From NCBI GenBank assembly GCA_023231475.1, contig JALJEE010001049.1, positions 1 to 40,664 of the forward strand: DNA of 40,664 nt, in the 5' to 3' direction. This DNA is from Seison nebaliae (taxonomy: Eukaryota). Within the stretch, counting starts at the first letter, position 1, and each line of letters opens with the position of its first letter. Under the pieces are notes generated by a model. It was not told the origin of the DNA and did no database searches. It saw only the letters and a list, made by a program, of their open reading frames with translations. Position numbers and translations under genes: made by a program. Of the stretch, positions 23,293-36,829 are shown one piece after another.

Positions 23293-23725
23293 TATTGTTG
23301 AACATTCAATTGTAAATAAAATGCAAAAATCAGCGAAGTAAAAGAAATAAGAATAATTACAAGAATTATTTGAAGGAAACAGAAAAATTCAATCGATTTA
23401 TTTAACTTATTTCTTCGAATAGTTTTTTTGGTGTTCCATGAAGATTATTAGTCGAACTATATTATCATAGGGAACGGTGGAAATAAACAGATCAATAAAA
23501 ATTTGATAAAGGAAAAAAATAAAGTTTGAAAGTTGATGAAAATAAACCGAATTTTATCGATTACAACAAGACAGTAAATAAGTTCATTATATTAACAACA
23601 ATTCATTAACGTACAAGACTAATGATGAATTAGAGGGCAAATTTAAAATGCAAATAAGTAAATTAATTTAGATTTTCATTATAAAACTCAATTTCCAGTG
23701 AGATGGCATTCTATGAAATTTAGAT

Positions 23726-23833
23726 GAATAAGAATTTATTTGATATAATAAATAAATGAAATCCGGAAGGAATTCAGAATAAGTTATTATTTGGTATAAT
23801 AAATAAATGAAATCCGGAAGGAATTTAGAATAA
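23726..23833. repeat. 51-bp tandem duplication in the ANKFY1 3' flank/UTR
   Basis: TATAATAAATAAATGAAATCCGGAAGGAATT occurs twice (ATCCGGAAG at 23761 and 23812). Confidence 0.85.
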
Positions 23834-23884
23834 AATATATACGAAGGTATAATGGAATGAGTAGTAAAAAAAAATCGAGGAATC

Positions 23885-26800
23885 TCATTCATTATCTGTT
23901 TGTAGAACATCATAACAGATGCTACATACACGTTGTGCTCCTTTCATATTGAATTTGGTAATAATAATTTGTTTATCGCAACACTTACTACATAAAACGT
24001 TCCCACAATGACGACTAAGAAGAGAATTAGGAGATTAATGAAAAGAAGAATAATAATAAAAAAGAAACCAGTGATGTTTTCTTAGAGTGAATGAAAATTT
24101 TTGATCGCATTCTCGACATTGTTCGGCATCAGTCCATGCAGGCTCATGTTGAATAGTGGAGAGGATATTGATTAGTAGTCGATGAGAAGCAGTTGGTATT
24201 CGGAAGATGGATAAACCTTCAAAATTGACGGCACCCAATTGAGCACGATATTTGACTAACGAACGACAAAGTGGACCATTGGCTGCTTTGAAGGCGAGTA
24301 GTAAAGGAGGATTTCCTTCTTTCCATTCAGTCTTATTAATCATTTGAGTGATCAATTTATTTAATTGATCGTTTGCCATTGATGAATTGGCTTCGATACA
24401 ACTCTGAATAGCTACGTCTAACATTTTCACACTAATCTCTCCATGACATGAGACACAAAGTGTATGGATAGGCGTCTGTCCACGAACATTCATACAATTA
24501 AGTAATTCAATTGGATTTCTATGTTGATGGAATAATCGGATCCAAACATCGATGGCGGAACATTTGGCAGCGATGTGAAGTGCCGTATCTCCAGTTTCGG
24601 GATGAGGTGCTAAAATATTGACGTTGTGATCGAGAAATACATTAACGATATTCATCAGAGCATCAATTGATTGATTTGGTGTTTGTGAATTATTTGTGCC
24701 GGTGGCGGATGATGATGAAGATGCATCAACATTCCCAAATGGATTCATTGCTCGTTCTTCCACATAAGAACATGATGCAATCTTTCCCAATTGATCGATT
24801 TCATCCGCAGCATAATTATATGTGGAAATGAGAGAATGTAATGGAGTTCCACCTTGTAATGATGTGGATCCTTTAGCTGTCGCATTAACATCGGCACCAA
24901 CTAACAATAAATGTGCTACAATACTCGCATGACGTTTCATAGCGGCGAAATGAAGTGGTGTCATTTCTGCCGAATCTTTCGTCTTTCCATTTATATTCGA
25001 TTTGGCTGAAAGAAGGACAAGAACCGCTTCTAAATCACAATCGATTACAGCTCGGTGCAAAAAGTTATATCCACGTGAATCAACTTGATCAGCTGCTCTC
25101 GGTTCTTTTTCAAATAATTCTTTTCCTGCCACATTATTACAAGAAGCGACAGCACAAGCATACGCCGTTTCTCCTCGACTATTCAATTGTAATAAATCAA
25201 CGTCACCATAACGAAGGATTAATTTAACGATATTATTATGATGATTAGTCACAGCTAAATGTAATGGAAAATCTCCGTTACCATTTGGCACATTGAAGGG
25301 TGCTTTGTGTTCCACTAATGCCTCCACCACATTCTTCATTCCCTTCTCACACGCCAAATGTAACGGCATACTATTCAACGAACTCAATTGATGATTATCA
25401 TTCACTATCAAACCATTATTATTATTATTATTACCGTTGTGATTGTTATTGTCATTTGTATTATTAATCGGTTTCAAACAAACGTCAATATTAGTCCCAG
25501 CACGAATGAGAAATGTTGCCGATTTCTCATCATTCAATTGAATTGCTCGATGGAGAAGTGTCTCATACATGTTCAATTCACCACTCAATCTCCATTCGGT
25601 TACGTCAGCACTATGTTCCACCAATATAGAAGCGGCATTCTCTTGACTACTACTCAATGCCATCCATAAAGCACTGAGACCATTTGTCTTCGTTTTTGCG
25701 TTAGCATTCGCCCCAGCGATAGCCAATGCACGAATCACATCCAATTCCTTCATATGAATAGCGAGGAGAAGTGGCGTAAATGATTCATTCGTATCATTCT
25801 CACTCGTTCGACATTCGAGAACATTCGTCGTATGTGAAAATTTGGAGAGGAGAAATAATGACGATCGAATACAACCACTTTCGATTGATCGATGTAAAAC
25901 GGTATATCCACGATCATCCACTTCATTAATATTCGCTCCAGCTGTCAACAACAATCCGACGATATCCGTAGTATCGGAAAAAACGCTGATAGAAAGAACG
26001 GATAAATTCTCCGAATTCTTCAAAGATAAATCGAATTTTTTCCTTTTACTATTATCTGCAAATAAAAGATTATTCATTCATTCTCTTCCTCCAATTTAAA
26101 ATAACTGTTCAATAATGATTCAACGAATTCGTTCACCAATTCATTCTGCTTCTTCATCAATACCACATGTAACGGTGTTTGTAATGATATCTTTCTCAAA
26201 TCGATGTCTATCAACGGATTATTATATTTGACATTCTCCTCCGTCTCATCCTCCATCTCATTCACCATCTCCTCATTATTCACTTCTTCCTCATATTCAT
26301 CTCCACCAAAAAACGGATTATATTCCTCACAATTCTGTTCATCTTCATTATCATCTCCCATATCAAACGGATTGCCTTCACCCACCATTTCTTCAATGAA
26401 AAATAATTATATTTAAATTAAAATTTTTAAATTTTTATTAAATAAAACGAACCAGATGATGGTTGATCTAACGATTGTCGTTTTTTACTATTCGTATTAT
26501 TCGTATTGTTCGTACCGGAAGTGATGGTAGAGATATGATCACTCATCGTATCGATATTCTCATTTAATGCTGATTCGCTGGCAATCGTTTGGATGTTTGG
26601 ATCAGCTTCATTATCCAACAAAGACACGATGATTTTTCTGTCGACGATACCAGCTGCCACATGTAAAGCTGTTTCGCCCTTGGAAAATAAATAGGAAAAT
26701 AAATTTGAATTAATATCAATAGAGAGAATTAACAATCTTATTTGCATAATTTATATCACAATTCATTCGAATGAGATATAAGGCTGAATTTGTCATTTTC

Positions 26801-28355
26801 GTTCTGATACAACGTTGAAGGATGGAATCATCTTAAACGGAAATTGACATATGGAAATGAAGAAAAATAAAAAGGAACTGATTGATTGAGAATGAAGAAG
26901 AATTGTGGAATATTCATCGATTAATTGTTGATGTTCTGGGAAGAAATTTTTTTCGATATTTTGCGTCGCATTCTCCATCGGTATATCACACAAACAATTG
27001 ATATCCACATTCTGAGCAATGAGACAATGAGCATAATGATCCGATGATGATAATGTTAATGATTCATTCTTATTCTTGTTGTTATTCTTGTTTTTATGAG
27101 AATTATCCGATTTCAATGATATAGATGGTTGAGGATAGAAGAATAATGGCATCTCTTGAAATTCCATATAATAGAGTGCTAACCATAAAGCTGTTTCTCC
27201 ATCACAATTCTTCCAATTGATCACTTCACTGGAGAGATGATTAAGAATGAGATCGAAGAAAACATGATTATTATAAAGGATTGATGTATGAAGACAAGTG
27301 TTCCCATAACAATCACGAAAAGAGATTAATCGTGAAAGTGTCGACGGTCGACAACAACTCACAATTTCGTTGATACATTTTTTTATATTCTCTCGTTCCT
27401 CTAATGAACTAATGGGTGAATTGGCCAATAAATGTAGAACACTGCAACGTGTCGATGGGAGAACATAACAAACATCAGCGAATTGACCTTTCATTCCAGG
27501 CATCATTTTCGACGATTCGTTCTCAAATTCTCTTGTCAACAAAATATGAATTGCTCGATGATCTAATCGTTGAACAGCACGATGAATTAAAGATTTACCA
27601 TGTCTATCTTTCGCTGAACAATCGATACCAATCGATAATAAGAGATCGACAATTTCATATTGTTTCGTGTTAAGTGCCATATCCATAGTCATTTCTCCAA
27701 AATCGTTTGTCTTATTGATGGAAAGTAAATGGTATTGTTGTGGCGTATATTGTTCAAACAACAATTTTACTACGTCAACTCTCTCCGCTTGAATAGCGAG
27801 ATGTAAAGGGAATTGTTTCTCATTGAAAAGGAGATATAATAACGGTGCGGATAATTCTGACCAGTCTTCTTTCTCCCATTTCATCCAATTCCCTTCAATC
27901 ATCTCCAAACAACAACAACGCAATTTATCAGCATTTATATCACTAGCTAACTGATAGAAACTGATGCAACAATCTTCGTCTACTCTCTCGATCAATTGAT
28001 TCTCACAACATTCACTCAACGATTGAATAACGAGACGATTCGCTTCCTTCATCAAAACCGTCAACATATCATTCGATAATTTCACAGGTAACTCTCCAGT
28101 ATAAATGTAGCGGATTAATGTTCTCGTTACATTCTCATCAATATTCGTCATATCTAATTCGGAGATATCGTTCAAACATCCGAAATCTTGTCGTTGTCGT
28201 CGAGACATGTCATCGTCTCGCCAGTGAGTGGAGAATGATTCCAAGATCAATCGGTGACAATGAAGCACTTCCCCATTAGATAGTCGTAGAATGATGTCAC
28301 TGTAAATTGTCGAATTGTATAAAGAGGAAATTAATCTCTTCAATTTGTCAGCCAT
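23885..28355 (-). CDS. ANKFY1: Rabankyrin-5 (BTB + ankyrin repeats + FYVE), 6 coding exons; an extra 5' exon is possible
   Basis: BTB (LYNSTIYSDIILRL...LHCHRLIL) and many ankyrin repeats. C-terminal FYVE WTDAEQCREC...RKHHC|RHCGNVLCSKC...RVCSICY is restored by a phase-2 intron. Five GT-AG introns; stop TGA at 23885-23887. Confidence 0.93.
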
Positions 28356-30545
28356 CCCTTGTCTCCACAGAAATGTTAGTTGAGGTGGAGGAAATTGAAA
28401 GTTTAAAAAATTTTATTTTGACTTCAAAATCCCATCGAGCAATTTGCCAACAAATAAATTTTTTTCTAAAAAAAATTCTCTTTGAAAAGAAATCGCTAGA
28501 GAAATTCAGTCAACGAACAAATTGAAAGGACGAAGAGAAATTTTTTTTTGTTTATCAAAAATTATTCAACAAAGAAGTCACAAGACTTGTCTTGTCATTC
28601 TCAAACAAAAAATACATAGACAATCATACACACAACTGTCGTGCGAGAGATAAGTTGTTGCGTAGTGCCGAGAGACTACACATGCCCATCTCCATTTATG
28701 TGTCAATTAGGATTCATGATGCTTATCCTACTATCATCGCATCTTCAATGAAGTTAGGAGGAGAATAAATTAAATAGAATTAAAATTCTTTCTAGCACAT
28801 CAACATCCTCGACTATATTCTCTTTCTATCTCGTCAAATCTCAATAGAATTTTAAGCTCAATTTATTCCAACAAATTTTTCATTTTCTTCTAAATAAATA
28901 CTTCGAACGCTACTTTTATAATGTCTAACTGATAATGTTGTAAGAACTTCCTATTTGTTCATTATAATATTCAATTACAATGACTTTCTAGTATTTCATG
29001 AACATTATTCTACAAACTAATCTTCTCTTTCGAATTAATTAAAGAGAAATTGTCATTGAAGAAAAACGAATGAGAAAATGACGAATTTTAATCTTTCGGA
29101 AATTATGGTTCGTTTCTTTTGGAAATTAACTAAAACTTTTATTTTTTAATTCCTCTATATTCATTGTCAATTTTTATCATAATTCAGCACAAGTTCACCA
29201 TAATATTTTCTGCTCATAATTACTATTCACATATCGAATTTTTTATAAAAATTTTTTAGTTCACAAAATTTGTCAGTAGTTTTTGAACGTTCACTTCGCA
29301 AAACTAGTCATGATATAATTTATCAAAGTTATTTCTTTTTAGCTTATACATTATTATAATATTTTCACATTTTACCGAAGTTACATCAGTTGATTAATCA
29401 TATCAAAAGAGTCATTTATGTCATTTCCTATCCTTTCGCTAAGACTTTAAAAAAAACCGTTTACTTTAATAATGCTGAACTTATTCATCCAAGAATTTAA
29501 CTATAAATTTAACGGTATGGAGAATACCACCATAATGGTTTTTATCCAACCGACCAAGCATGATATGCAGTAAAATTACTACAAACATACTAATAATAAT
29601 GTTGAAATCAAAATTACCTCGTGTGTCTAATGTCATCTTAACATCAACTTCATATTTATAATATTAAACCTATATTATACATATCAAGGATGACATAGAG
29701 AAAATAGAAGTTTTGATTCTCCTCTTCGGTATGGAGATCTTCTACTATACGTAAAACAAAATTACAATATTTTCTCCTTGTCGCTTCTAAAGAGCTTTCG
29801 TTTCTCCATACGTCTCCGCTGTTGCACTGGCACGTTCTACGAGTAAGACGACTATACCCTTTAAGCATCCGAACGACAGACAATTCGGAGACTTCCTAAT
29901 ACCTAAAACACACTATCTATAGTGTAGATGTTGTATAGACTATATACTCTATGTCATAGAGTATTTATATTCGGATTATAGTCTCGAACATTTTAGTCTT
30001 TTTTAGTCTCTAAACTTTTTCCGAGAGTATATATCTTATATACTCTAAACTAAACTAAACTTATATATAAACTTTCCTAAATTAACTAGTTTAGGAGATC
30101 AGCAACTTTAGGAGGAAAAAGGTTTAAACTAAAAACTAGTTTTTACTGTCACCATAGTGTGTCCATAATGAGAAAACGTTGAATTTTTTTGACCAAAATA
30201 AGCTTATTCGAGAAACATCTTATTCAAAATTATTTTGAAGTGCATCTTTTCAATTGAAACTCCAAAAACATTCATGTTGACTTAACCAAATTTACTTAGC
30301 CAAAACTTAATTGTTCTCTTTAGTATTCGATTTTGATCTTCTCCTCATTTTCAGGTGATTTTTGAACACGCTAATTTTATGTAGGTAATCTTTTAATAAA
30401 AAGTTACAGAAAAATTTTTGGGAAAACATGGAACCATAATTAAGGTTATGTAATGCATGTAAATTATTTTATTGTTTTAAAAGACGTTTTATCGGAAAAT
30501 TTTAAAGTTTAGAGTGGTCTCGGATGAAATGATGGACCCTGAACC

Positions 30546-30820
30546 GATTGTAGGACAAAATGCGGATGGAGCGAAAAGCGGTCGAATCCTTTCAACTTTT
30601 TTTTAAAACTTCATTTTCCGTCATTAATATTAAAGTTACGACGTTGAATTTAATATATTTAGAAAGAGCACGAAAAGCTCTACAACATAGTAATTTTTGC
30701 TTTTCATTTCATTATAAAAATCGATTCAAAATTTAGAGTTTTATGGTTAAAGAAATCAATTTTTGATTGAAGAATGAGATTGAAGAAATACATGGGTCTT
30801 CCGCTTTTTGTCCTACAATC
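30546..30820. mobile_element. 275-bp non-autonomous Mutator-type MITE with 21-bp TIRs and 9-bp TSD
   Basis: GATTGTAGGACAAAATGCGGA (30546-30566) matches the reverse complement of 30800-30820 with 1 mismatch. An identical CCCTGAACC directly abuts both ends (30537-30545 and 30821-30829). Confidence 0.7.
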
Positions 30821-33800
30821 CCCTGAACCATTTGTTTCACTCACTTTATGTCCGTCGGAAAATATATTGGTATAGGCAGAAAGAAGAATGCGGCACAAAT
30901 GATTAAGTGGGTTTGGTAGAGTCTGAATTTTAACTTTAAATTTTTGATTAACCTTTATATTAAAAAATTAACTATTAAATTAATAAAATATTAATAGAAC
31001 TACTAACATTGTTTCGAACCGTATTGATATAGTTCTTAACGATAAATACTTCAAAAGAAAATATTAAAGGGAAACAATAAGGACGATGGACAGAAAAGTT
31101 TCACTCCGTCGAGTATTTGAAAGAAAAGAAAGAAGTGACGAACATTGGAAGCAAAAGGAAGGTTTAGGTGACGCTGATAAAATGATAAGGAATTCATGTG
31201 TGTTAGTTGAGATTGGAAATAAAAAAGAAAATACTTAGCATTGTTATAAGAATATGAATGAAGATAATAGTAACAAAACGGATTTTCTCACATTCTTCTA
31301 GTCATATCTCAACAATTGGACAAGCGGCGATGACTAAAAGACGATTTAAACATGAAAACGATGAAATAAGTATTAGTATATTTATTTGTAAGGATGAAAG
31401 AGAACGATTCGTGTTGGGCCGACAAAAAAGAAGAGAAACTTCTATTTCCAACAAAGTTAGAAAGAATCAGTTGATGGATGAATAGATGGATGGATAGCAA
31501 CTAACTAACTAACTTTCGAGTAAAAAAATTTATATTTGATTATTGTCGTTTATTCATTACAATTCTCTATTTGGAGGAGGCAATCGACAAATTAAAAGAT
31601 GAAGAAGACGGAAATTTTCTTCTTCTTTTTGAAACGTTATTCCTTCTCCTTCTCTTTTCAGAATTTTCTTGCTTAATTCCTTTGTTATCGGACATGGTTA
31701 GGTTTAATGACGAAATGAATAAAGAAAGTTTCATTCCATTTCCTATCCATCGGCACACGTGGAAGGAATGGTAATTTTGTAGATAAACTGTCATAATACT
31801 ATAAAACTTTAGGGTGATGTACTTACTTGTCGTCGATAATTTTCCGTCATTGTAAAATCGTAGAAAAAAAATAAAATGACGACGACCAATGAAAGACGGG
31901 AACACAATACATATCTCCATCATTATTCTCCATATTTCTATTAAATATTGTATTGTTTATCTTATTCCTCTGTTCAATCGTAGGAATCCAATTGAATTCC
32001 CGTCAAAATATTCTCTTTCTTTTTATTCTACCATTTTTATTCGTCGTCTTATGTTTCTGTTTCCCATTGTTGCTTATTTAAATAATGTACGTCATGTTAA
32101 CAGATGTAGAACATTTGTTCTTCGTAAGTTCTTACTTACGTCAAAACGAGGGATGGAAAGGTGAATTAGACAGAGTTAGACGATTGGTTCTTATTGGAAT
32201 TCTAAAATTGGCTTGCGCACTAGTCAAACGACATTTATTCATGTTTATTTACTTTAGGAGAATATGCAAATTAAATTTCCGTTCAGTCGCTTCTAATCGT
32301 TTAGGAGAGCGACGAAATGAAAGTATAAACTTGTTACAGTCGATATTGAGAGAGTAGCAATTGAAAGAAATTTATATTTATATATTCACTTAATCAACGG
32401 AGCAACTTAAAATAAACAATTCGATTCGATTTCAACCAATTCCTTCTTTCTCATCTGCGTCTTCCAAAACGCTTATCACTAAAAGCGGAACCTAAACTTT
32501 GGGAACAGCTTGCTTCCCAAACTTCATTCATATTTCTTTCCTTCCATTCCATTTCCAATTCCACAATATTCATCAGGAACAAACACCTTTCTCTCAATAT
32601 TTGACAATTTCTCTTTAATCAAAACTTCAGTTAGGAACATGAAAAGAAACTATAAAAGTTTATTTTGATCTATAACTTCCAAAGAGAAGAAAGAAAAGTT
32701 CACTGTAGGTATTTGATTATAAAAGAATGAAACTGTTACACACTCTAACTATTTTCTAATACACCATTGTTGTAAATACATCCAACATAACAAGTATTAT
32801 ATAGGCCGATTATTTTTTGGACATTTTCTGGTTCCTAACCGTTTCGTTCCATTATATAAAATAAAACAATTTCTTTAAAATTGAACATTTTCTTGCAATA
32901 CATCTCTGTCGTGTGTGTTTGTAGAAAAGAAAGTTTGTCTTGTGAATTGTAACAAGAATTTATGGCTACATGGTCATTAGTGAGGTGATTAAGACGAGTT
33001 GGAAGTAGTATAAATAGGGCAGAAGTCTCTCGAACTTAACTTACATTTCTTAGAGAAGTGTTTTTCATAAACTCTTTTTTTTAGGAACTTTTCTTATGCT
33101 GTTGTGTTTAGGAAATGAGGAAGTGTGAGAAATGTTGAGGAAGGTGTGGTACTTTCCCCTCATATTGACTCTCTATAGAATATATGCTTAATAAGCATTG
33201 CTTATTCCTTTCATTATCGTCAGTTTCTTCCAATATAGGATAGTGGAGATATGGAGAAGGAATTTGATAGACTATGGACGTTAATATTTGCTTAAGGTAG
33301 TAGTTTCTTTTGTTCGTTAATGGAAAATATAGAGTGGTCCAATGAGAAACCGTTTGACTGAAAATCCATATGTTGTTTCTATTTGTTGTCGACTGCTTTG
33401 TTGAATTGAACGTCAATCAATTATTTATTATTCGGTTACTACATGAATGGAATAGTGCTGTTATGTATTCGATGTACGAGAAGATGAAAATGGGTTATTG
33501 ATTAATTTCATTTCGTTTAACTAATCGCTAATGTTGTTGAAGAGAGAGTTAAGAGGAGGGAAGGCATTCGATTCAATTATTCAACAAGATTGAACAATAT
33601 CGAACTCTTCCACTGATAATTGGAATTCGTTAAATATTGATTAAGGTGTAAAGATTAGATTTAGGTAATAGAGGAATAAGAGAGTTAGAGAGAAGGAGGA
33701 GAGGAATGACTGCGATACTCAACACTTTTACATCCCGACACATTTACATAAGGGAAGAAAATTTGAAGGAATTATTTCGAATAACCTATTCTCGAGAGCA

Positions 33801-34192
33801 CGATCTATTTTGGTGCATCAGATTCCTCTAGGAGAATGATAAATGAAGTAAAATGGTATCGAACATGATGATAAGAAATTCAATTCAATCACTTCTCTTC
33901 TCCCTCATGATTATCAACTTAATGATATTCATAGATGTTCTCTTCTTATTTCTCGGATGATTGCTTCCGATTTATCTATTTGTTAGTTCGTCTTCATCAA
34001 CTTAATCTAATTTCCATAGAAAATGTTTTCTATTTCTTCTTACTCTCCATTTCTTAATCTAATCTAACTTCTTCTGATTCTTTTATTTGATCGCATAGAT
34101 ATTTACAAATTTCATTTACAAATACAAATTCCCCACCAAACATTTTAATTGAACAGAATTATTTCTCAACATTTTACCCAATCCAACACAAT

Positions 34193-35967
34193 ATGACAGA
34201 TCAGCAATTATCCACATACAACATTGCTGATATTGTTCAAGATTTTTATCGAGAAGATTCCATATCAAATCGTGTTATGGTTTTCTTTTCGATGTTGAAA
34301 GCGGCGAAACAAGCCTCTCCTCGACATTCGCCCAACAATCATAATCTTTTGAAATTTCTCGAGAATATACCTGGTGATAATGAACCGTCAGCTCGTCCTG
34401 ATATCAATCGGGACATACGACAGACGATTATGGATTTCGTTCTGAGAAATCGAGAACAAACAATGAATAATTCATTTGAAACTTCCTCGTTAATTTCAGA
34501 ACCGACTAAGAAGTTGGGAACAAGCACAGAAACATTGTCTGTTTCTGCAATCAAATCACCTTCATCTGAATTAACATCTTCATCATCGTCGTCACCTTCA
34601 TCGTCCTCTATATCTGTCAATACATCTATTTTGCACCAACTACGTAATCGATTACCTACTCATATTCAAGCAGTCAATGAAGCATTGTTGGAAGGCAAAT
34701 ATTTTACTGATTCTACTCAAAACAACAGCAACAACAACAACAGGAATAAGGATAATAATAATACTAATAATGAATCGATCGATTCGAGTTTGAAATATAT
34801 TCCATGGGAATCTCCATCATCTTCTGCGGTGATTACGAAAAAGCAGAATCCGCAGCTAAATGATTGTGATGTGACAGGAAAAAAGAAGAAAAAATATTCG
34901 ACATGTTTCTCAATTGATGAGATTCTCATTCCAACCAAACGTCACACAACTGAATCGAATAGTTTCCTTTATTAATTCATTAAATCCATTTCCTATGATC
35001 CATATTAAAACAGTTGAGAATATGGAATATGAACATGCTGCAAGTAAAAGTCTAAACTATTCGAATATTAAACAATTACCAGTTTCTTTTTCATTCATCC
35101 AAATAGTAAATATTTATTTAACTAACAGAATACGAATGGCACAACAACAACACATACCGTCACAGCAAGTTCGAAGAGTGAAAAACCGGAAGAGAATGGT
35201 TCTGATTGGAACAACATTTCCCAATTGCAAGATAATGGTTAATTTTCATTTTCCTTTTATTGTCCACTAGGATGAATGTCGTCAATGGGAAATGTATATT
35301 TCTAGTTGGAAGAATCATAACAATTGTGTGAAACTATTTCACTGATCAATATGTCTATTCATTTTCTATTTATCTTTTTAGATATTAATGGATATTCATG
35401 TGATCGTTGCGGTAAAGTGTTCGCTTACAAATATTATCGAGATAAACATTTACAATATACTCGATGTGTTGACTTAGGTGACAGGAAGTTCCCTTGTCAT
35501 TTATGTACAAGGTTCGGTCTTTCTCCTAATAAGCAAAATATGTGTTTTTAATCGACCTGTTTAGATCTTTCGAAAAACGAGATCGACTACGAATTCATAT
35601 TCTTCATGTTCACGAGAAACATCGTCCCCATAAATGTAGTGTTTGTGGGAAGACATTTAGTCAGTCATCTAGTCTCAATAAACATATGAGAGTTCACAGT
35701 GGTGAACGTCCTTATAAATGCTTATATTGTTCGAAAGCCTTCACTGCGTCGAGCATTCTACGCACGCATATTCGTCAACATTCTGGTGAGAAACCATTCA
35801 AATGTCGTCATTGTGGTAAAGCTTTCGCATCTCATGCGGCACATGATAGTCATGTTCGTCGAACTCATGAAAAGGAGAAACAAATCGCTTGTGCTCTATG
35901 CACATCCACATTCTGTTTTCAGAATGAATTGAAACATCATATGAATGTGAAACATAGCTTACGATAA
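34193..35967 (+). CDS. PRDM14: PRDM14-type C2H2 zinc-finger transcription factor lacking a recognisable PR/SET domain; exons 34193-34961, 35014-35081, 35129-35237, 35382-35511, 35565-35967
   Basis: The finger array CDRCGKVFAYKYYRDKHLQYTRCVDLGDRKFPC...SFEKRDRLRIHILHVHEKHRPHKC...SQSSSLNKHMRVH...TASSILRTHIRQH...ASHAAHDSHVRRTH is nearly identical to vertebrate PRDM14 as I recall it. All four introns are phase-compatible. Confidence 0.92.
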
Positions 35968-36646
35968 CCATATCCGTTTATTCTCTTCTCAAAGAATTAT
36001 TATTCTTTATTATATTCTATGAATAAAATAATTTTATAATTATCCTCATATTTCTTCTAAATTATTTCATCATTAAAAATATCGATCCAACCTAACGAAA
36101 TGTAAAAACAATTGTAACTAATATTAAAAACGTTGAAACATATTTTAATTTTTTATATCATTCAAATGATAATTAATTATCTCATAATTCTCTTATTCTT
36201 GTTATTCATTTCATCAATTCATGCCTGAAAATGATTCATTTTAGTTACCATACTAAAATAAACTAGTCTTACTAATTGGTGAAGACTAATCCAACATGAG
36301 AATGATGACGAGAATTAATATTATTATTTATTGGTTGAATTCTCGTCGGGATAAACATGAAAAAAGCGAAAAAAACTGTTGTCATCCGTGTTGTCAATAA
36401 AAAAGCATAATTCCTCGTTATAATTCTCAAGTTATAATATAATAAGGAATATAACTTTCAGGTCTTTATCATAAAACGAGTTTGAATTTAAAGTTTTAAT
36501 TTTACACATGCTATTGTTCAATAATTCCTCTTGGAAATCGGAGCGCAAATTTAAATTAAAGGTGCCTATAAATTAGGAAGTAAGCATATGAATTTTTATT
36601 ATTATTTTAAACGCTTTCAAATAAGAAATATTTTACAATTGAGCAA

Positions 36647-36829
36647 TTGAGAAATTACAAAAGAGAGATGGATAATCTTGAAAGTTTATTAGAAAACAGT
36701 TTTTTGTCGTATCACTCTTTTAACGTTATAGCACACTTCAAGATACCTGCATCTATTCTTGGGCGCCCTAAATCAATTGTGAGATTCAGAAAGAAACACT
36801 CTATCCTTAAGACAAGAAAAGTTCAATGA
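36647..36829 (+). mobile_element. Possible pogo-like transposase N-terminal (HTH_psq) relic
   Basis: RNYKR...HFKIPASIL is loosely like the RNYKRK...FxIPxSTL start of pogo-type transposases. Short and degenerate. Confidence 0.25.

Noticed and set aside
29656..29883. ORF with RMLKGY...CQC, possibly a LINE C-terminal zinc knuckle
   Set aside because: The CCHC motif is incomplete and too weak to call without a search.
31258..33416. Several 60-120 aa ORFs between ANKFY1 and PRDM14
   Set aside because: Phe/Ile/Lys-rich composition typical of AT-rich non-coding DNA, with no motifs and no SET/PR-like sequence.
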